64,000 bases of DNA. Source: a virus. A program made the translations under genes and the position numbers. Below are positions 26,865-37,439 of the stretch, piece after piece. Location: positions 1-64,000 of the IMG/VR virus record IMGVR_UViG_3300007538_000020, one strand, 5' to 3'. A model generated the notes under the pieces. That model ran no database searches. It saw only the letters and a list, made by a program, of their open reading frames with translations, and was not told where the DNA came from. Numbering within the stretch: the stretch's first letter is position 1; each line of letters begins with the position of its first letter.

Positions 26865-27891
26865 ACAAATAGCATCCAAACTATTGGAATGTAACAGTCC
26901 TGATGAATTAAAACAAACTTTAGAAAATTATTATAATAGAAAATTTGCAGGAAAAAAAATTTATTCTCAGTTTGTTTTTAATAACAAACAAAATAAAAAA
27001 AATATATTTATAACTGATAAAACCTGTAAATTAATTAACAATTTATCATTAATGAATTTTAAAGCAGGAAATTATGCACCTGATTTAATATTCAATAGTA
27101 GTATTGAAATAGAACCTATAACGTATACTATTAACTCTATTAAAGTTGATTTTATGTTTTATCATGCTCCTGCTTATGAGTTTGTTAATAATAAATATGA
27201 ATCACAACTATTTAATTGTTTTTTAAGGGATACTACTGTAGAAGAAGTTAAGAAAAAAGCTACAAATGGAGATAGTACCAGAGTAAGTTTTATTAAAAAT
27301 ATTATAGTGTCATTAGATACTATTGAATTTCCAGAAGCGTTTATTGGTATGGAGTTTTGTACTTTAGTAGACTATTGTGAAACATCTCTATTAGAAGTAT
27401 CTGATTTCTTCAAAGATAGTATAACTAACGAAAAAAATATTAATATCAAAGAAGTATTAAATAATCAACAAGATAATGCTTTCTTACAATTATTACCTAA
27501 GAATAAGGATATAAAAATAGGAAGTAATCTTATAAAATTACTTAATATTGATATTAATAAAGAATATATTGGTTTTAGTTTAATAGTAGATGAAAATAAT
27601 AATAATAAAATATCTGTTTTCAAAACAGATAACCCTCTTCACGGATTTAAAGTTAATGATGGATCTAAGATAAATAACAACAAATTGTATGATAAACTAG
27701 TAAAGTTTTTCCCTCCTTTATCAAGGATATATGTTAAGTCTTATATTCCATTTGTAGATTTTTGTGATGAGAATGAATATTATTATTACTATTTAGAAAA
27801 TGAAAATAAAAAGGAAGTTGTAAAAAAAAGAACTTCTAAGAAATTACAAGGAACATCTGATATTAAAAAGAATTTAACAATGCTTGTTTAA
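26824..27891 (+). CDS. Hypothetical protein (likely start ATG 26854)
   Basis: ORF track. Confidence 0.7.
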   Translation: MYLIGIKFILMKIKQIASKLLECNSPDELKQTLENYYNRKFAGKKIYSQFVFNNKQNKKNIFITDKTCKLINNLSLMNFKAGNYAPDLIFNSSIEIEPITYTINSIKVDFMFYHAPAYEFVNNKYESQLFNCFLRDTTVEEVKKKATNGDSTRVSFIKNIIVSLDTIEFPEAFIGMEFCTLVDYCETSLLEVSDFFKDSITNEKNINIKEVLNNQQDNAFLQLLPKNKDIKIGSNLIKLLNIDINKEYIGFSLIVDENNNNKISVFKTDNPLHGFKVNDGSKINNNKLYDKLVKFFPPLSRIYVKSYIPFVDFCDENEYYYYYLENENKKEVVKKRTSKKLQGTSDIKKNLTMLV

Positions 27892-27918
27892 CTTGTAATT
27901 AAAAAAAATTAATTATTA

Positions 27919-28521
27919 ATGAGTAACATAACCTTTAAAACTAGTGGTGTTGAAGTAAGCGAAAATACCTTTGAATCGCCTTATATTTCTTATGGTATTA
28001 ATGAAGTTAGGATTAGTTCTGTAGATTATTTAGAATCTGCACAGAATACTCCTGGAATAAGGTTTAATTTTGAAACGTTGGAAGTATATCCTCAATTGGA
28101 TAATTCTCCAAAAACAACTAATCATGTTTATTATCTTAAAACAGAGATAAATAATAAAATATTTATCGAAAGAGTTATCCTAATGGCTAACGCTTTAGGA
28201 ATAAGACAAGAACTTGATTCTTTGGGTGAAGAGAATCTTTCTATGAAAGACTATGTTTCTGGATTAAATGATATTTTTGCTGGTAAAGAAGCAAGAATAA
28301 AATTTAAAGGAAAAGAAGTAGCGGGTAAAGAAGGTAAAAATAATTGGTTTAAAGCTGAATTATCTATGGATAAAAGGTTTATTGAATCAATAGATGTACC
28401 TTTGGAACAAAGTAAATTAACGTTTGATGAAAATAACAAATATGACGTTGATAAACTTGAGAAATTAGATACTAATTCTCCTGTTACAAACGAAACATCT
28501 TCTTCTAGCGGACTTTACTAA
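27919..28521 (+). CDS. Putative ssDNA-binding protein
   Basis: Position between AAA ATPase and primase; beta-rich with flexible acidic tail; followed by terminator. Confidence 0.5.
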   Translation: MSNITFKTSGVEVSENTFESPYISYGINEVRISSVDYLESAQNTPGIRFNFETLEVYPQLDNSPKTTNHVYYLKTEINNKIFIERVILMANALGIRQELDSLGEENLSMKDYVSGLNDIFAGKEARIKFKGKEVAGKEGKNNWFKAELSMDKRFIESIDVPLEQSKLTFDENNKYDVDKLEKLDTNSPVTNETSSSSGLY

Positions 28522-28539
28522 TATTGAACATTGAGTATT

Positions 28540-28575
28540 ATAGTAGGGGGGTATTTAATTATACCCCTCTATTAT
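28540..28575 (+). terminator. Probable intrinsic terminator
   Basis: ATAGTAGGGGGGTAT/ATACCCCTCTATTAT stem. Confidence 0.6.
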
Positions 28576-28592
28576 ATTATTAATATTAAAAA

Positions 28593-29603
28593 ATGTTTAA
28601 AACAAAAAATGTAATAGTAAACGAAATAGGATATAGTAAAGAAAATATTTTAAAATTAATTCCTCAAGAAGATATATTTAAAAGATATTTTGGTGAATTC
28701 ACAACAGGATGTGCATATAACTCTCCTTTAAGAAAAGGAGATAGTAATCCATCATTTAATATTTATTATTCTGATGGAATATTATTATATAAAGATTTTG
28801 CTCATTCTACTGGTGATTGTTTTAAATTTGTACAAGAATTATATGGATTATCTTATAAAGAAGCTATTAACAAAATATTAACTGATTTTGAAATAGATAA
28901 AACTAAAGTGGTAATTCCTAATAGATCTTTTACAAATAAAACTAAAGTAAAAGAATCAATATGTTTACAAATAGAAAAAAGAGAATTTTCTGAAAAAGAT
29001 ATTAATTACTGGAAACAATTTTATATATCTAGAAATACTTTAGATTATTATAAAGTTTATAGTGTTTCTAAAATATTCAGAAATAAATACTTATTTTTAA
29101 GTATAAATAAAGATGTATTATGTTTTGCTTATTTAGTAAACAATAACTTTAAAATATATTTTCCTTTAAATGAGAAATATAAATGGTATAGTAATATAAG
29201 ATTTTATAGTATTAAAGATATACAAGGGTTTGAACAATTAGATTTATATGAGAATAAACCTAAAAAAGAATTATTAATTATTACAAAATCACTGAAAGAT
29301 GTAATGGTTTTTTATGAATTAGGTATAGATTCTATTGCTATAAGTAGTGAATCTGTTACTTTAAGTAAAGAATACATTGATTATTTGTTAGAATATTATA
29401 ACAATATTATAATAAATACTGATAACGATGAACAAGGTAATAAGATAATTCAATCTTATAAAGATACTTATAAAGATTATATTAATATAACTTATTTTCA
29501 AATACCAACAACAGCAGGAACTAAAGATCCTGCTGAATTTGTTAAAAAATACGATTTACAAACTTTAAAAAATTTAATTATCAATGGACGTAACAGAATA
29601 TAA
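28593..29603 (+). CDS. DNA primase (Zn-finger-like + Toprim)
   Basis: SPLRKGDSNPSF, KDF...GDC, ITKSLKDVM, DNDEQG, KDP. Confidence 0.88.
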   Translation: MFKTKNVIVNEIGYSKENILKLIPQEDIFKRYFGEFTTGCAYNSPLRKGDSNPSFNIYYSDGILLYKDFAHSTGDCFKFVQELYGLSYKEAINKILTDFEIDKTKVVIPNRSFTNKTKVKESICLQIEKREFSEKDINYWKQFYISRNTLDYYKVYSVSKIFRNKYLFLSINKDVLCFAYLVNNNFKIYFPLNEKYKWYSNIRFYSIKDIQGFEQLDLYENKPKKELLIITKSLKDVMVFYELGIDSIAISSESVTLSKEYIDYLLEYYNNIIINTDNDEQGNKIIQSYKDTYKDYINITYFQIPTTAGTKDPAEFVKKYDLQTLKNLIINGRNRI

Positions 29604-29976
29604 AACGATAGCTGTATATGGCACTTTGAAATCTGATAAAGGTAACAGAAGTGTTATGAGAGGAACTTTAATTGGTAAAGGATTAACCAAAGAAAAATAT
29701 GCTATGTTTGCAAGTGGTATTCCTTATTTGGCTAAAAACATTCCTCAAACAAATATTACAGTAGAATTGTATAAAGTTCCTGTAGATGAAGTAAAATATT
29801 TAGATAGGTTTGAAGGCCATCCTACTTTCTATGAGAGAACACCTATCAAAGTATTGTGTAATGAAGAAGAAGTAGATGCTGATATTTATTTTACAAAAGA
29901 TTTTGAAAAATTCAAATCTGTTGACGAAGTTCAGTATTATACTCAAATTCGTAATATAAGTGATGGAATATTCTAA
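29584..29976 (+). CDS. Gamma-glutamylcyclotransferase (AIG2-like)
   Basis: VYGTLK, LDRFEGHP..YER. Confidence 0.88.
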   Translation: MDVTEYKTIAVYGTLKSDKGNRSVMRGTLIGKGLTKEKYAMFASGIPYLAKNIPQTNITVELYKVPVDEVKYLDRFEGHPTFYERTPIKVLCNEEEVDADIYFTKDFEKFKSVDEVQYYTQIRNISDGIF

Positions 29977-31707
29977 TATATATAAAAAATTAATACAAAC
30001 TAATTGGTATAATATTCTGGAAGATTTCTTACTTTCTAAAGATATGGATAAAATAGTATCTCATATTAAAGAAAGAAGTAAACAAACAGATATATATCCT
30101 AAATCAGAAGATTTATTTAAAGCATTTAATTATTTTGATTTCTTTGATTTAAAAGTAGTTATATTAGGACAGGATTAAATATTATTTTTTATTATTTTTA
30201 TAATAAATTATTTATTTGTATATTTGTAGTATGAAAAATACTACAGTAAACCAAATACTAGATTTCCATTCACAAGGAAAAACAAACATTGAAATATTAG
30301 AATTGATTAATGATGATACTATAAGTATAAAAAATATATGCTCTCTTATTAATAGAAAAGGATTAAATAGTAATAAACATAAAGAGATAACAATAACCAA
30401 TGAATTAAATAATTTAATAATTGGAAGTATGTTAGGAGATGGTCATATAACTAAAGAGAAAAACTATAATAGTAAATTATCATTAGCACATTCTATTAAA
30501 CAAGAAAGTTATTTAAAATATAAATTTAATATTTTAAAAAAATATGAATTAGTTAATAAATTTTGTAAATATAAAATTCATAATAATAGATATAAAAATG
30601 GATTTATAGAAGAAGTGAGATTTAAATCAAAAGCTCATCCTATATTTTCTAATTATAGAGATATATTTTATAAAAATAATGTAAAATATATTCCTAATAA
30701 AATAGAAGAGTTAGATGAATTTGGATTATCTATATGGTATTTCGATGATGGAAATAAAACAAAATATGGATATCAATTAAATACTCAAAATTTTACTATA
30801 ACAGATATTAAAAAATTATCATTATTATTAAAAACAAAATTTAATATTAATAATACTATTCATAAAAATAAAACAATTTATATTTTATCAGATTCTAAAG
30901 ATATTTTAACAAATATTTTAAATAAATATTCAATTCCTTGTGTAGATTATAAAATACATAGAAAGACGAGTCCTGTATAAATTGGGTGAATTCGGTGAAA
31001 GTCTAGAAGTAGATAACCCCGAGCCAAGCTAAGTTTAGGTTAAAAGAACTTAGAAGGTGTAACGCATAGTAAATGAGCCTAACAATAATTTTACCACGAG
31101 CGCCCAACATTTTTAATAAAAAATGATGATGTATGCTGAACTGTAGATATAACAATTATGAAACTACAGAATTTAAAGATAAAAAACTTTAAAGATAACA
31201 ACATTGCCATATCATACTCCTAATGTAGCAGATGGTTTATGTTTTAGTTCTAATCTAAAACATATAGTACCACCTAGTCTTAGAAATATTTTAACTGAAA
31301 TGTATAATGATATTTATAATAAAAAACAATTAGATATTAAAGCTAATCCTAATTTGGAATATTTAGCTAAACAAAACGTTTTATTATTAAATACAGCATT
31401 AACAGTTGAAAGAGGTTCGCCTGGTTCTCATACAGAATTATGGAAACCATTTACTAATTATGTTTTAAATAAAATTAGTGATAGAAAAACAGATAATATA
31501 GTAATCTTTTTATTATGGGGAAATAAAGCGAAAGAATATAAACCTATAATAGAAAAAAATAACTTTAATATCATATATGAAGCAGCTCATCCATCTCCAT
31601 TTTCAGCATATAATGGTTTCTTTGGATGTAGACATTTTAGCTCTGTAAATGAAACATTAAGGTTTTATAATGAAAATAGTATTAATTGGATTGATGAAAT
31701 TAATTAA
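29960..31707 (+). CDS. ung: Uracil-DNA glycosylase family 1, exons 29960-30175 and 31207-31707
   Basis: Splicing restores catalytic VVILGQD^PYH; also ADGLCFS, PPSLRNI, LLLNTALTV, HPSP. Confidence 0.92.
30219..30226 (+). promoter_or_regulatory. Intron-internal Bacteroidota -7 promoter element for the endonuclease gene
   Basis: TATATTTG ends 4 nt before ATG 30231 (near-leaderless); -33 element poor. Confidence 0.5.
30231..30980 (+). CDS. Intron-encoded LAGLIDADG homing endonuclease (two motifs)
   Basis: IIGSMLGDGHI and LSIWYFDDG; ORF end overlaps the IGS. Confidence 0.9.
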   Translation: MKNTTVNQILDFHSQGKTNIEILELINDDTISIKNICSLINRKGLNSNKHKEITITNELNNLIIGSMLGDGHITKEKNYNSKLSLAHSIKQESYLKYKFNILKKYELVNKFCKYKIHNNRYKNGFIEEVRFKSKAHPIFSNYRDIFYKNNVKYIPNKIEELDEFGLSIWYFDDGNKTKYGYQLNTQNFTITDIKKLSLLLKTKFNINNTIHKNKTIYILSDSKDILTNILNKYSIPCVDYKIHRKTSPV

Positions 31708-32476
31708 TAAATATAATCCTAAATTAGGAATAGAAGCTTTTAAGTTTGGAATAAAATATGCAGCATGTTTAAAAGGTGAAAATGATGAATTTTATAATAT
31801 AACAGCTTTTGCTACATGTAAAGATTTATTTCCAGACATTTACTGGTATGAATACAAAGGAAAGAAAGAGAAAAAAGAAAAATATATATATGGTTACGAC
31901 TTATTATATACAGAAGAATATGTAAAAAATGATATTAATCATATTTGTTTACAATTAAATAAAGAACAGTTTGAATTATATAATAAGAATTTAGAATTTT
32001 ATACTGATTTTTGTAATAAATATTTGAAATATTTTAATGTAAAAGGAGAAATTAAAACCTTTGTAATTGAGAATGAAACTAAAGATGAATTTAATTATGT
32101 AATGTGTGAATTTCCAAAACACTTATGTGATAAACATTTTTTAGCTTCTATGTTAATATTAGTATTGAGAAATGGAATATATCTAAGTAAAAAGAGAATA
32201 TCTTTTAAACTCTATATTTTAGATTTAATTTCTATAGGTACAGAAATAGAGAACCAAAACAAAAAATCTACTATAATAACTATAATAAGAGATTATTATT
32301 ATTTCAAAAATATTATTAAAGTTTTATCTTTATTAAGAAAACATAAGAAGCATATAAAATCTTATTATAATTTTAATTATATAGGAGATTCCCATGGATT
32401 TGGTGTTGTTAATATTTCAAATAATTTAGCGGATGAATCAAAATTTAAATACGTAGTAAATGAAAGTTTCATATAG
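31670..32476 (+). CDS. Hypothetical protein of the amidoligase cluster
   Basis: CKDLFPD motif; directly upstream of the ATP-grasp gene. Confidence 0.65.
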   Translation: MKIVLIGLMKLINKYNPKLGIEAFKFGIKYAACLKGENDEFYNITAFATCKDLFPDIYWYEYKGKKEKKEKYIYGYDLLYTEEYVKNDINHICLQLNKEQFELYNKNLEFYTDFCNKYLKYFNVKGEIKTFVIENETKDEFNYVMCEFPKHLCDKHFLASMLILVLRNGIYLSKKRISFKLYILDLISIGTEIENQNKKSTIITIIRDYYYFKNIIKVLSLLRKHKKHIKSYYNFNYIGDSHGFGVVNISNNLADESKFKYVVNESFI

Positions 32477-33254
32477 AATAAAAATAAGAAGTAGACATCC
32501 TAGTCATAGTGTCTTAAGAAAAAATTTACCTAAATTAGGTTTTACTAGTATTGTTAGATTAGGCAGTACTACAGAATTACTAGATAAATCCAAAGTAGAA
32601 TTAAATTCAATAGAATCAATAAGAACTAGTAGTAATAAACTACTAATGAAAGAAGCTTTTACAAAACATAATGTTAAAACAGCAGATTGGTTTAAATTAA
32701 TTGATATAAATAAAGAAGAACTTCCTTTCGAATATCCTATTGTAATAAAAAACATTTATGGAAGTAGAAACACAGGTAATCACTTTATTTCTAATAGAGA
32801 GGAATTAGATTCTTTTTTAAGTAAAAGTATTAATTTAAACAATTATATTGTTGAGAAATATTATAATTATAATAAAGAATATAGATTACATGTAAATAAA
32901 CATACTTGTTTTTATACTTGTAGAAAAATGTTAAAGACTGATGCTAAAAATAGATGGTTCAGAAATGATTCTAATTCTATTTGGGTTTTAGAAGAAAATG
33001 AATTATTTGATAGACCAGCTAATTGGAATGAAATAGTTAATGAATGTATAAAAGCTTTAAATGCTGTTGGATTAGATTTCGGAGCAATTGATTTAAGAGT
33101 ACAATCAAATAAAGATAAGAAAGAAAATATAAGACAAAATCCTGATTTTATAGTTATTGAAACAAATAGTGCTCCTAGTTTTGGAAATATAACACAACAA
33201 AAATATTTAGAAGAAATACCTAAAATGTTAATTAACAAATACAACAATAGATGA
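32460..33254 (+). CDS. ATP-grasp ligase (RimK-like)
   Basis: NKLLMK, YPIVIK, EYRLHV, GLDFGAIDL, ETNSAPS. Confidence 0.88.
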   Translation: MKVSYRIKIRSRHPSHSVLRKNLPKLGFTSIVRLGSTTELLDKSKVELNSIESIRTSSNKLLMKEAFTKHNVKTADWFKLIDINKEELPFEYPIVIKNIYGSRNTGNHFISNREELDSFLSKSINLNNYIVEKYYNYNKEYRLHVNKHTCFYTCRKMLKTDAKNRWFRNDSNSIWVLEENELFDRPANWNEIVNECIKALNAVGLDFGAIDLRVQSNKDKKENIRQNPDFIVIETNSAPSFGNITQQKYLEEIPKMLINKYNNR

Positions 33255-35407
33255 TTTTAAGTAATATTTTATTAACGCTTTTATTTTGGTATAGTTTGAT
33301 AACTTTTATAAGTTTGATGTTTACTAAACCAAAATATAATACCTTTAATTGTGGGTTATTTGGATACATAGGTCCTAAAGCTGATGTAATGGCTTTAAAA
33401 ATACTGGGCTTATATAATAATGATAGAGGAGGAGACTCATGTGGTTTTGCTTTAAAAACCGATAATTTAGATGATTTTATTATTGATAAAGGTTTTGATA
33501 GTAAAAAAGACTGGGGAGATTTTATAGTTTCATCTGAATTATGTAATTATGAAGATGAAACAGTTAAAGTTTTCTTAGGTCATACTAGAAAAGCTTCAAA
33601 GTTTTATTCTAAAGAGAAAGAAACACATCCTTTCTTAATACAAAATCAAGATACAAATATAGATATAATAGGAGCACATAATGGCACTATCCATAATATG
33701 ACTGATTTATTAACTAAATATGATATGTCAGATGTTAAAGACATAATGGATTTAGATAGTTATCAATTATTTTCTATATTAAATACTAAGAATTATTCTG
33801 TATTAAAAAACTACGAAGGAACAGCTACTTTAACATGGACTTTTCCTAAAGAAAATGATTCTTTGTATATATATAAAGGAGCTTGTTTAGTTGAACAATG
33901 GAATAATACAACCAAAAAACATGAAGAAGTATTAGTAGAAGAAAGACCATTATATTATGTTAGAATAAATGATGGTTACTATTATTCTTCTTTATACATG
34001 TCTTTAAAAGCTTGTTTTCCTAATAATAAAGTAGAATGTTTTCCTACAAACAAAGTTATTAAACTTTATTTAAACAAGGATAATAAAGTAATAGTAAGTT
34101 ATCCTAAAACTTCTGATGTAGATAGAAGTGATAACAAACAAAATGCTAATACTGGTAGAAAAAGAGTTGTTATTACTAATGTAAATAACAACATAAACAC
34201 TTATTCTAGCGCTGCAAAGCAGACAGCCCTTCCATGGGAGAAAGAAACGGAAAAAACAGAAAGCTCGAAGAAGACGAAGATGATTCAAGATTTCAGTTCT
34301 TTAAAAAATATTTTTGGAACTGGAATTAGTATTTTGTCAGAGCCTAAGTTAGATGTTTTAGACACAACTATTCATTTAGACCGAGTTGTGTATTGGAGGG
34401 GTAGGTACTATAAAAATGGTCATTTGTGTCATGGAACATTTACATTAGATAAGTTCGGATATAAAAAAGATTCACCTTTATTTAGTCAATATCAAGGACC
34501 TAGAATTTATTATTTTATTTTAGGTATGTTGGTAACTGAATCTGATTTTGGAAAATTATATAATGTCAACACAGATAGTGCTATTAAAAACAAAGTATTT
34601 GTAACTGATTCTTGTTATATAGATGTAGCTTTTATGAAAGATTGTTTAGTATCAGGTCATTATTATTCAGATACTACTTATGATTTTATAGAAACCCATA
34701 GTAATTATGGATATGAACTATTTAGTTCAGATGGATTTAATGAGAAAGAAATTGAATACAAACCTTTATTTTCAAATAGAGTATATAAGATTTCATCAGA
34801 TGATAAAGTATTAGGTTTAATGGAAGATATGTTTGATTCTTATATTGTTGTAAAAAAGGATTCTAGTCCAGGGTGGCTAAAGAAAACTGTACAATATTCA
34901 GTATCTTCAGCTAGTACAGAATTTATTTACTTAAATGGTTCTAAAAATCAAAATATGATTATTACAAATGACGATAATGATAATACCAAATCTAACTCTA
35001 ATTCTGATTTCAATCCTACTGAATTAACAGAAGATGTAAAAGATGTAGAAGATGCTCCATTCGATAAAGATATGGAAATGATTTATGACGATAAAAATTA
35101 TATGGAAGGAATAGCGTTAGAATTAAAAAGAGAAATTTGTGATAAATATATTTCATTTGTAGAAACAGAAATAGACAATTTTATAAAAGAAATAGAAGAA
35201 GCTAATGAAGAAATTGTCTATGCTACAGTTAATAAAGATGAAGATTTGGAACAAGTAGATTCTACTTTAAATCGTTTTATTAAAGATTTAAAGCAAGCTA
35301 AACTTTACTTAAAAGAAAGAATGAATTCTGCTATGAAAAATAGCGAGTTTATTGATTTGAATATAGAAGATAAGAATAGCAAACAGGAAATTCTTATTAA
35401 TGATTAA
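33251..35407 (+). CDS. Class II (Ntn) glutamine amidotransferase with hydrophobic N-terminal leader and long C-terminal extension
   Basis: CGLFG at residue 34, RGGDSCG, GHTRKAS, HPF, GAHNGTI, ERPL. Confidence 0.87.
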   Translation: MILSNILLTLLFWYSLITFISLMFTKPKYNTFNCGLFGYIGPKADVMALKILGLYNNDRGGDSCGFALKTDNLDDFIIDKGFDSKKDWGDFIVSSELCNYEDETVKVFLGHTRKASKFYSKEKETHPFLIQNQDTNIDIIGAHNGTIHNMTDLLTKYDMSDVKDIMDLDSYQLFSILNTKNYSVLKNYEGTATLTWTFPKENDSLYIYKGACLVEQWNNTTKKHEEVLVEERPLYYVRINDGYYYSSLYMSLKACFPNNKVECFPTNKVIKLYLNKDNKVIVSYPKTSDVDRSDNKQNANTGRKRVVITNVNNNINTYSSAAKQTALPWEKETEKTESSKKTKMIQDFSSLKNIFGTGISILSEPKLDVLDTTIHLDRVVYWRGRYYKNGHLCHGTFTLDKFGYKKDSPLFSQYQGPRIYYFILGMLVTESDFGKLYNVNTDSAIKNKVFVTDSCYIDVAFMKDCLVSGHYYSDTTYDFIETHSNYGYELFSSDGFNEKEIEYKPLFSNRVYKISSDDKVLGLMEDMFDSYIVVKKDSSPGWLKKTVQYSVSSASTEFIYLNGSKNQNMIITNDDNDNTKSNSNSDFNPTELTEDVKDVEDAPFDKDMEMIYDDKNYMEGIALELKREICDKYISFVETEIDNFIKEIEEANEEIVYATVNKDEDLEQVDSTLNRFIKDLKQAKLYLKERMNSAMKNSEFIDLNIEDKNSKQEILIND

Positions 35408-35418
35408 TTTTTTAAAAT

Positions 35419-37065
35419 ATGTCTATTATAATAAATGAAGACGTTGATATTGATATGAGTAATTTAAAAGTTGTTAGTGTTAGTGGTAAAGAAATTCCAA
35501 GAACAAATGCTATTAGAATTAAAGGAAGATGGTATGAAAGAAATGTAGATTGTTTCATGATTCCTAATATTGGAAACAAAATAGGAAAAAATGGAAAAGA
35601 CTATATGTGGCATATTAAGAATAATGGTATAATTGATTTGGATTTTGAAAAAAATGAATATAGAAGAATTAGTGATATGCTTAAAGAAGGCAAAGTAAAA
35701 GGTTATATAAATAAAAAACTTGACGTTGCTTACTTTACTATTAATCCTAATTATTCTGTATTGATTAAAGAATCTTTGGGAGACCCTGGTTTATATTGTT
35801 TAAATAAAGAATTAATAGAAAACAATCCTAAATTTGTAGAAGATTTAGTAACAGGAATATATTATGTAAAAGATAATATTAATTCTTCTTTACTAAAAAA
35901 TATTACAAAGAAAAGAATAGACCATAACCAATATCCTGAAGGTTTAACCTATAATGCTGACCCTAATAATATACTATATCTAAAAATTATAGAAGAGCAT
36001 ACTAAATACAAAAATAGTATGAAACCTTCTAAAAACGTAAAAATAATTGCTAATAACTTATTAGAAAATTATTCTTTTGGTGTTGAGTTTGAAACTATAA
36101 ATGGAACTATACCTAAGAATCTTTGTTCTATGTATGGTATAGTACCACTTAGAGATGGTTCTTTAAAAGGTCCTTACGGAGAAGGTATTGAATTTACAAC
36201 AGTACCTTTAAGTGGAGCTGTTGGATTAGAAATCCTAAAAAATCAAACTTACGAATTATCTAAAAGATGTGAAATATCTCATAATTGTAGTATGCATTTA
36301 CATATATCTGGTATACCAAAAACAAGATATAATGCGATGGCTGTTTATAAGTTATTTTATCTATTAGAGGAAGAGTTCTTTGGTTTAGTTCAACCTTATA
36401 AAGAGAATCCTGGAAAACTATGTTCTGATTGGAAAAAGTTTTCTTCAGACATAAGAGACAATTATTGTAGCAAATTACCTAAATTTAGTTTTTTAAATAA
36501 AACTGTATCTGAATCTGAAGCTATAAATTATTTTAAAGATTTATTTATATTTTTAGCTGACCATTCAGAGATAACAAAAGAAAGTAGTATTTATAATTTT
36601 GAAGCTTATGTACATCCTAAGAATAGAAAATGGTTGATTAATAGTAGATATTATTGGGTTAACTTTGTTCCATTTGTATTTAATAGAAGTGAAACTATAG
36701 AGATGCGTTTACATACGCCAACTCTTAATTTTACTAAAACAAGTTGTTGGTTATTTATAAATTTAGCTGTATTAAAATTTGCAGAAAATAATGCTAATCT
36801 TATTTTAAATAAAGATTTTAATAAGATTACATTAGAAGATGTAGTTAAAGGATATCTAACTGACTTCGGAAATACTAAATTAAGTAGAACAGAAGAAGAA
36901 AACTTAATAATAAAAGATTTTGTTGATTACTTATTGGCTTATATTAATAATAGAAAAGAGTTATACTTTAGCAATAAAGAAAAGAAATTATATTACGATA
37001 AAAAAGAATTTGTTGACGATAATACATTTTCGTTGAAACATAAAAGAATGAATAGTCTTTATTAA
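35419..37065 (+). CDS. Amidoligase (glutamine-synthetase-like COOH-NH2 ligase)
   Basis: FGVEFET, DGSL, EFTT, CSMHLHI, SRYYWVN, TIEMRLH. Confidence 0.87.
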   Translation: MSIIINEDVDIDMSNLKVVSVSGKEIPRTNAIRIKGRWYERNVDCFMIPNIGNKIGKNGKDYMWHIKNNGIIDLDFEKNEYRRISDMLKEGKVKGYINKKLDVAYFTINPNYSVLIKESLGDPGLYCLNKELIENNPKFVEDLVTGIYYVKDNINSSLLKNITKKRIDHNQYPEGLTYNADPNNILYLKIIEEHTKYKNSMKPSKNVKIIANNLLENYSFGVEFETINGTIPKNLCSMYGIVPLRDGSLKGPYGEGIEFTTVPLSGAVGLEILKNQTYELSKRCEISHNCSMHLHISGIPKTRYNAMAVYKLFYLLEEEFFGLVQPYKENPGKLCSDWKKFSSDIRDNYCSKLPKFSFLNKTVSESEAINYFKDLFIFLADHSEITKESSIYNFEAYVHPKNRKWLINSRYYWVNFVPFVFNRSETIEMRLHTPTLNFTKTSCWLFINLAVLKFAENNANLILNKDFNKITLEDVVKGYLTDFGNTKLSRTEEENLIIKDFVDYLLAYINNRKELYFSNKEKKLYYDKKEFVDDNTFSLKHKRMNSLY

Positions 37066-37073
37066 TAACAATA

Positions 37074-37439
37074 ATGCCAAATAATAAAACAAGAGGAAGT
37101 TCTTTTGAAAGATACTGTATCAATAAACTTAAAGAATTAGGTTATGATAAAGCTGTTTCAAGTAGAGCTGAATCTAAAAATAGAGATAACCTCGGAGTGG
37201 ATATTTGTTATACAGAACCATTTAATATTCAATGTAAAACTTTATCAAAGAACATTGATATTTATGATGTTATAACAAATATGCCCTCTGAGGAATCTAT
37301 GATTAATATGATATTCTATAGAAAAACAAAAAAAGCTAAAGTTAATTTTGTTACACAAGGAGAATATGCAATATTACATTTAAATGATTTTTTAACCATA
37401 ATGAAAATATTAAATAAATATAAAAAAATTGAGTTATAA
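37074..37439 (+). CDS. PD-(D/E)xK Holliday-junction-resolvase-like nuclease
   Basis: NKTRGSSFER, GVDI, IQCK. Confidence 0.75.
   Translation: MPNNKTRGSSFERYCINKLKELGYDKAVSSRAESKNRDNLGVDICYTEPFNIQCKTLSKNIDIYDVITNMPSEESMINMIFYRKTKKAKVNFVTQGEYAILHLNDFLTIMKILNKYKKIEL

Larger units (their letters stand above)
30176..31206 (+). mobile_element. Group I intron in ung with LAGLIDADG endonuclease in the P1 loop
   Basis: Exon ACAGGAT pairs with IGS GTCCTGT (30970-30976) with U-G at the splice site; P3 TTGGGTG/CGCCCAA; P7 GCATA/TATGC; terminal G31206. Confidence 0.9.

Noticed and set aside
29960-31707. Separate ORFs 29960-30178 and 31204-31707
   Set aside because: They are two exons of one ung gene
35419-37065. 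PurZ / dZ-DNA pathway
   Set aside because: No adenylosuccinate-synthetase-like motifs in any ORF; the ligases are glutamine-synthetase-like and ATP-grasp types
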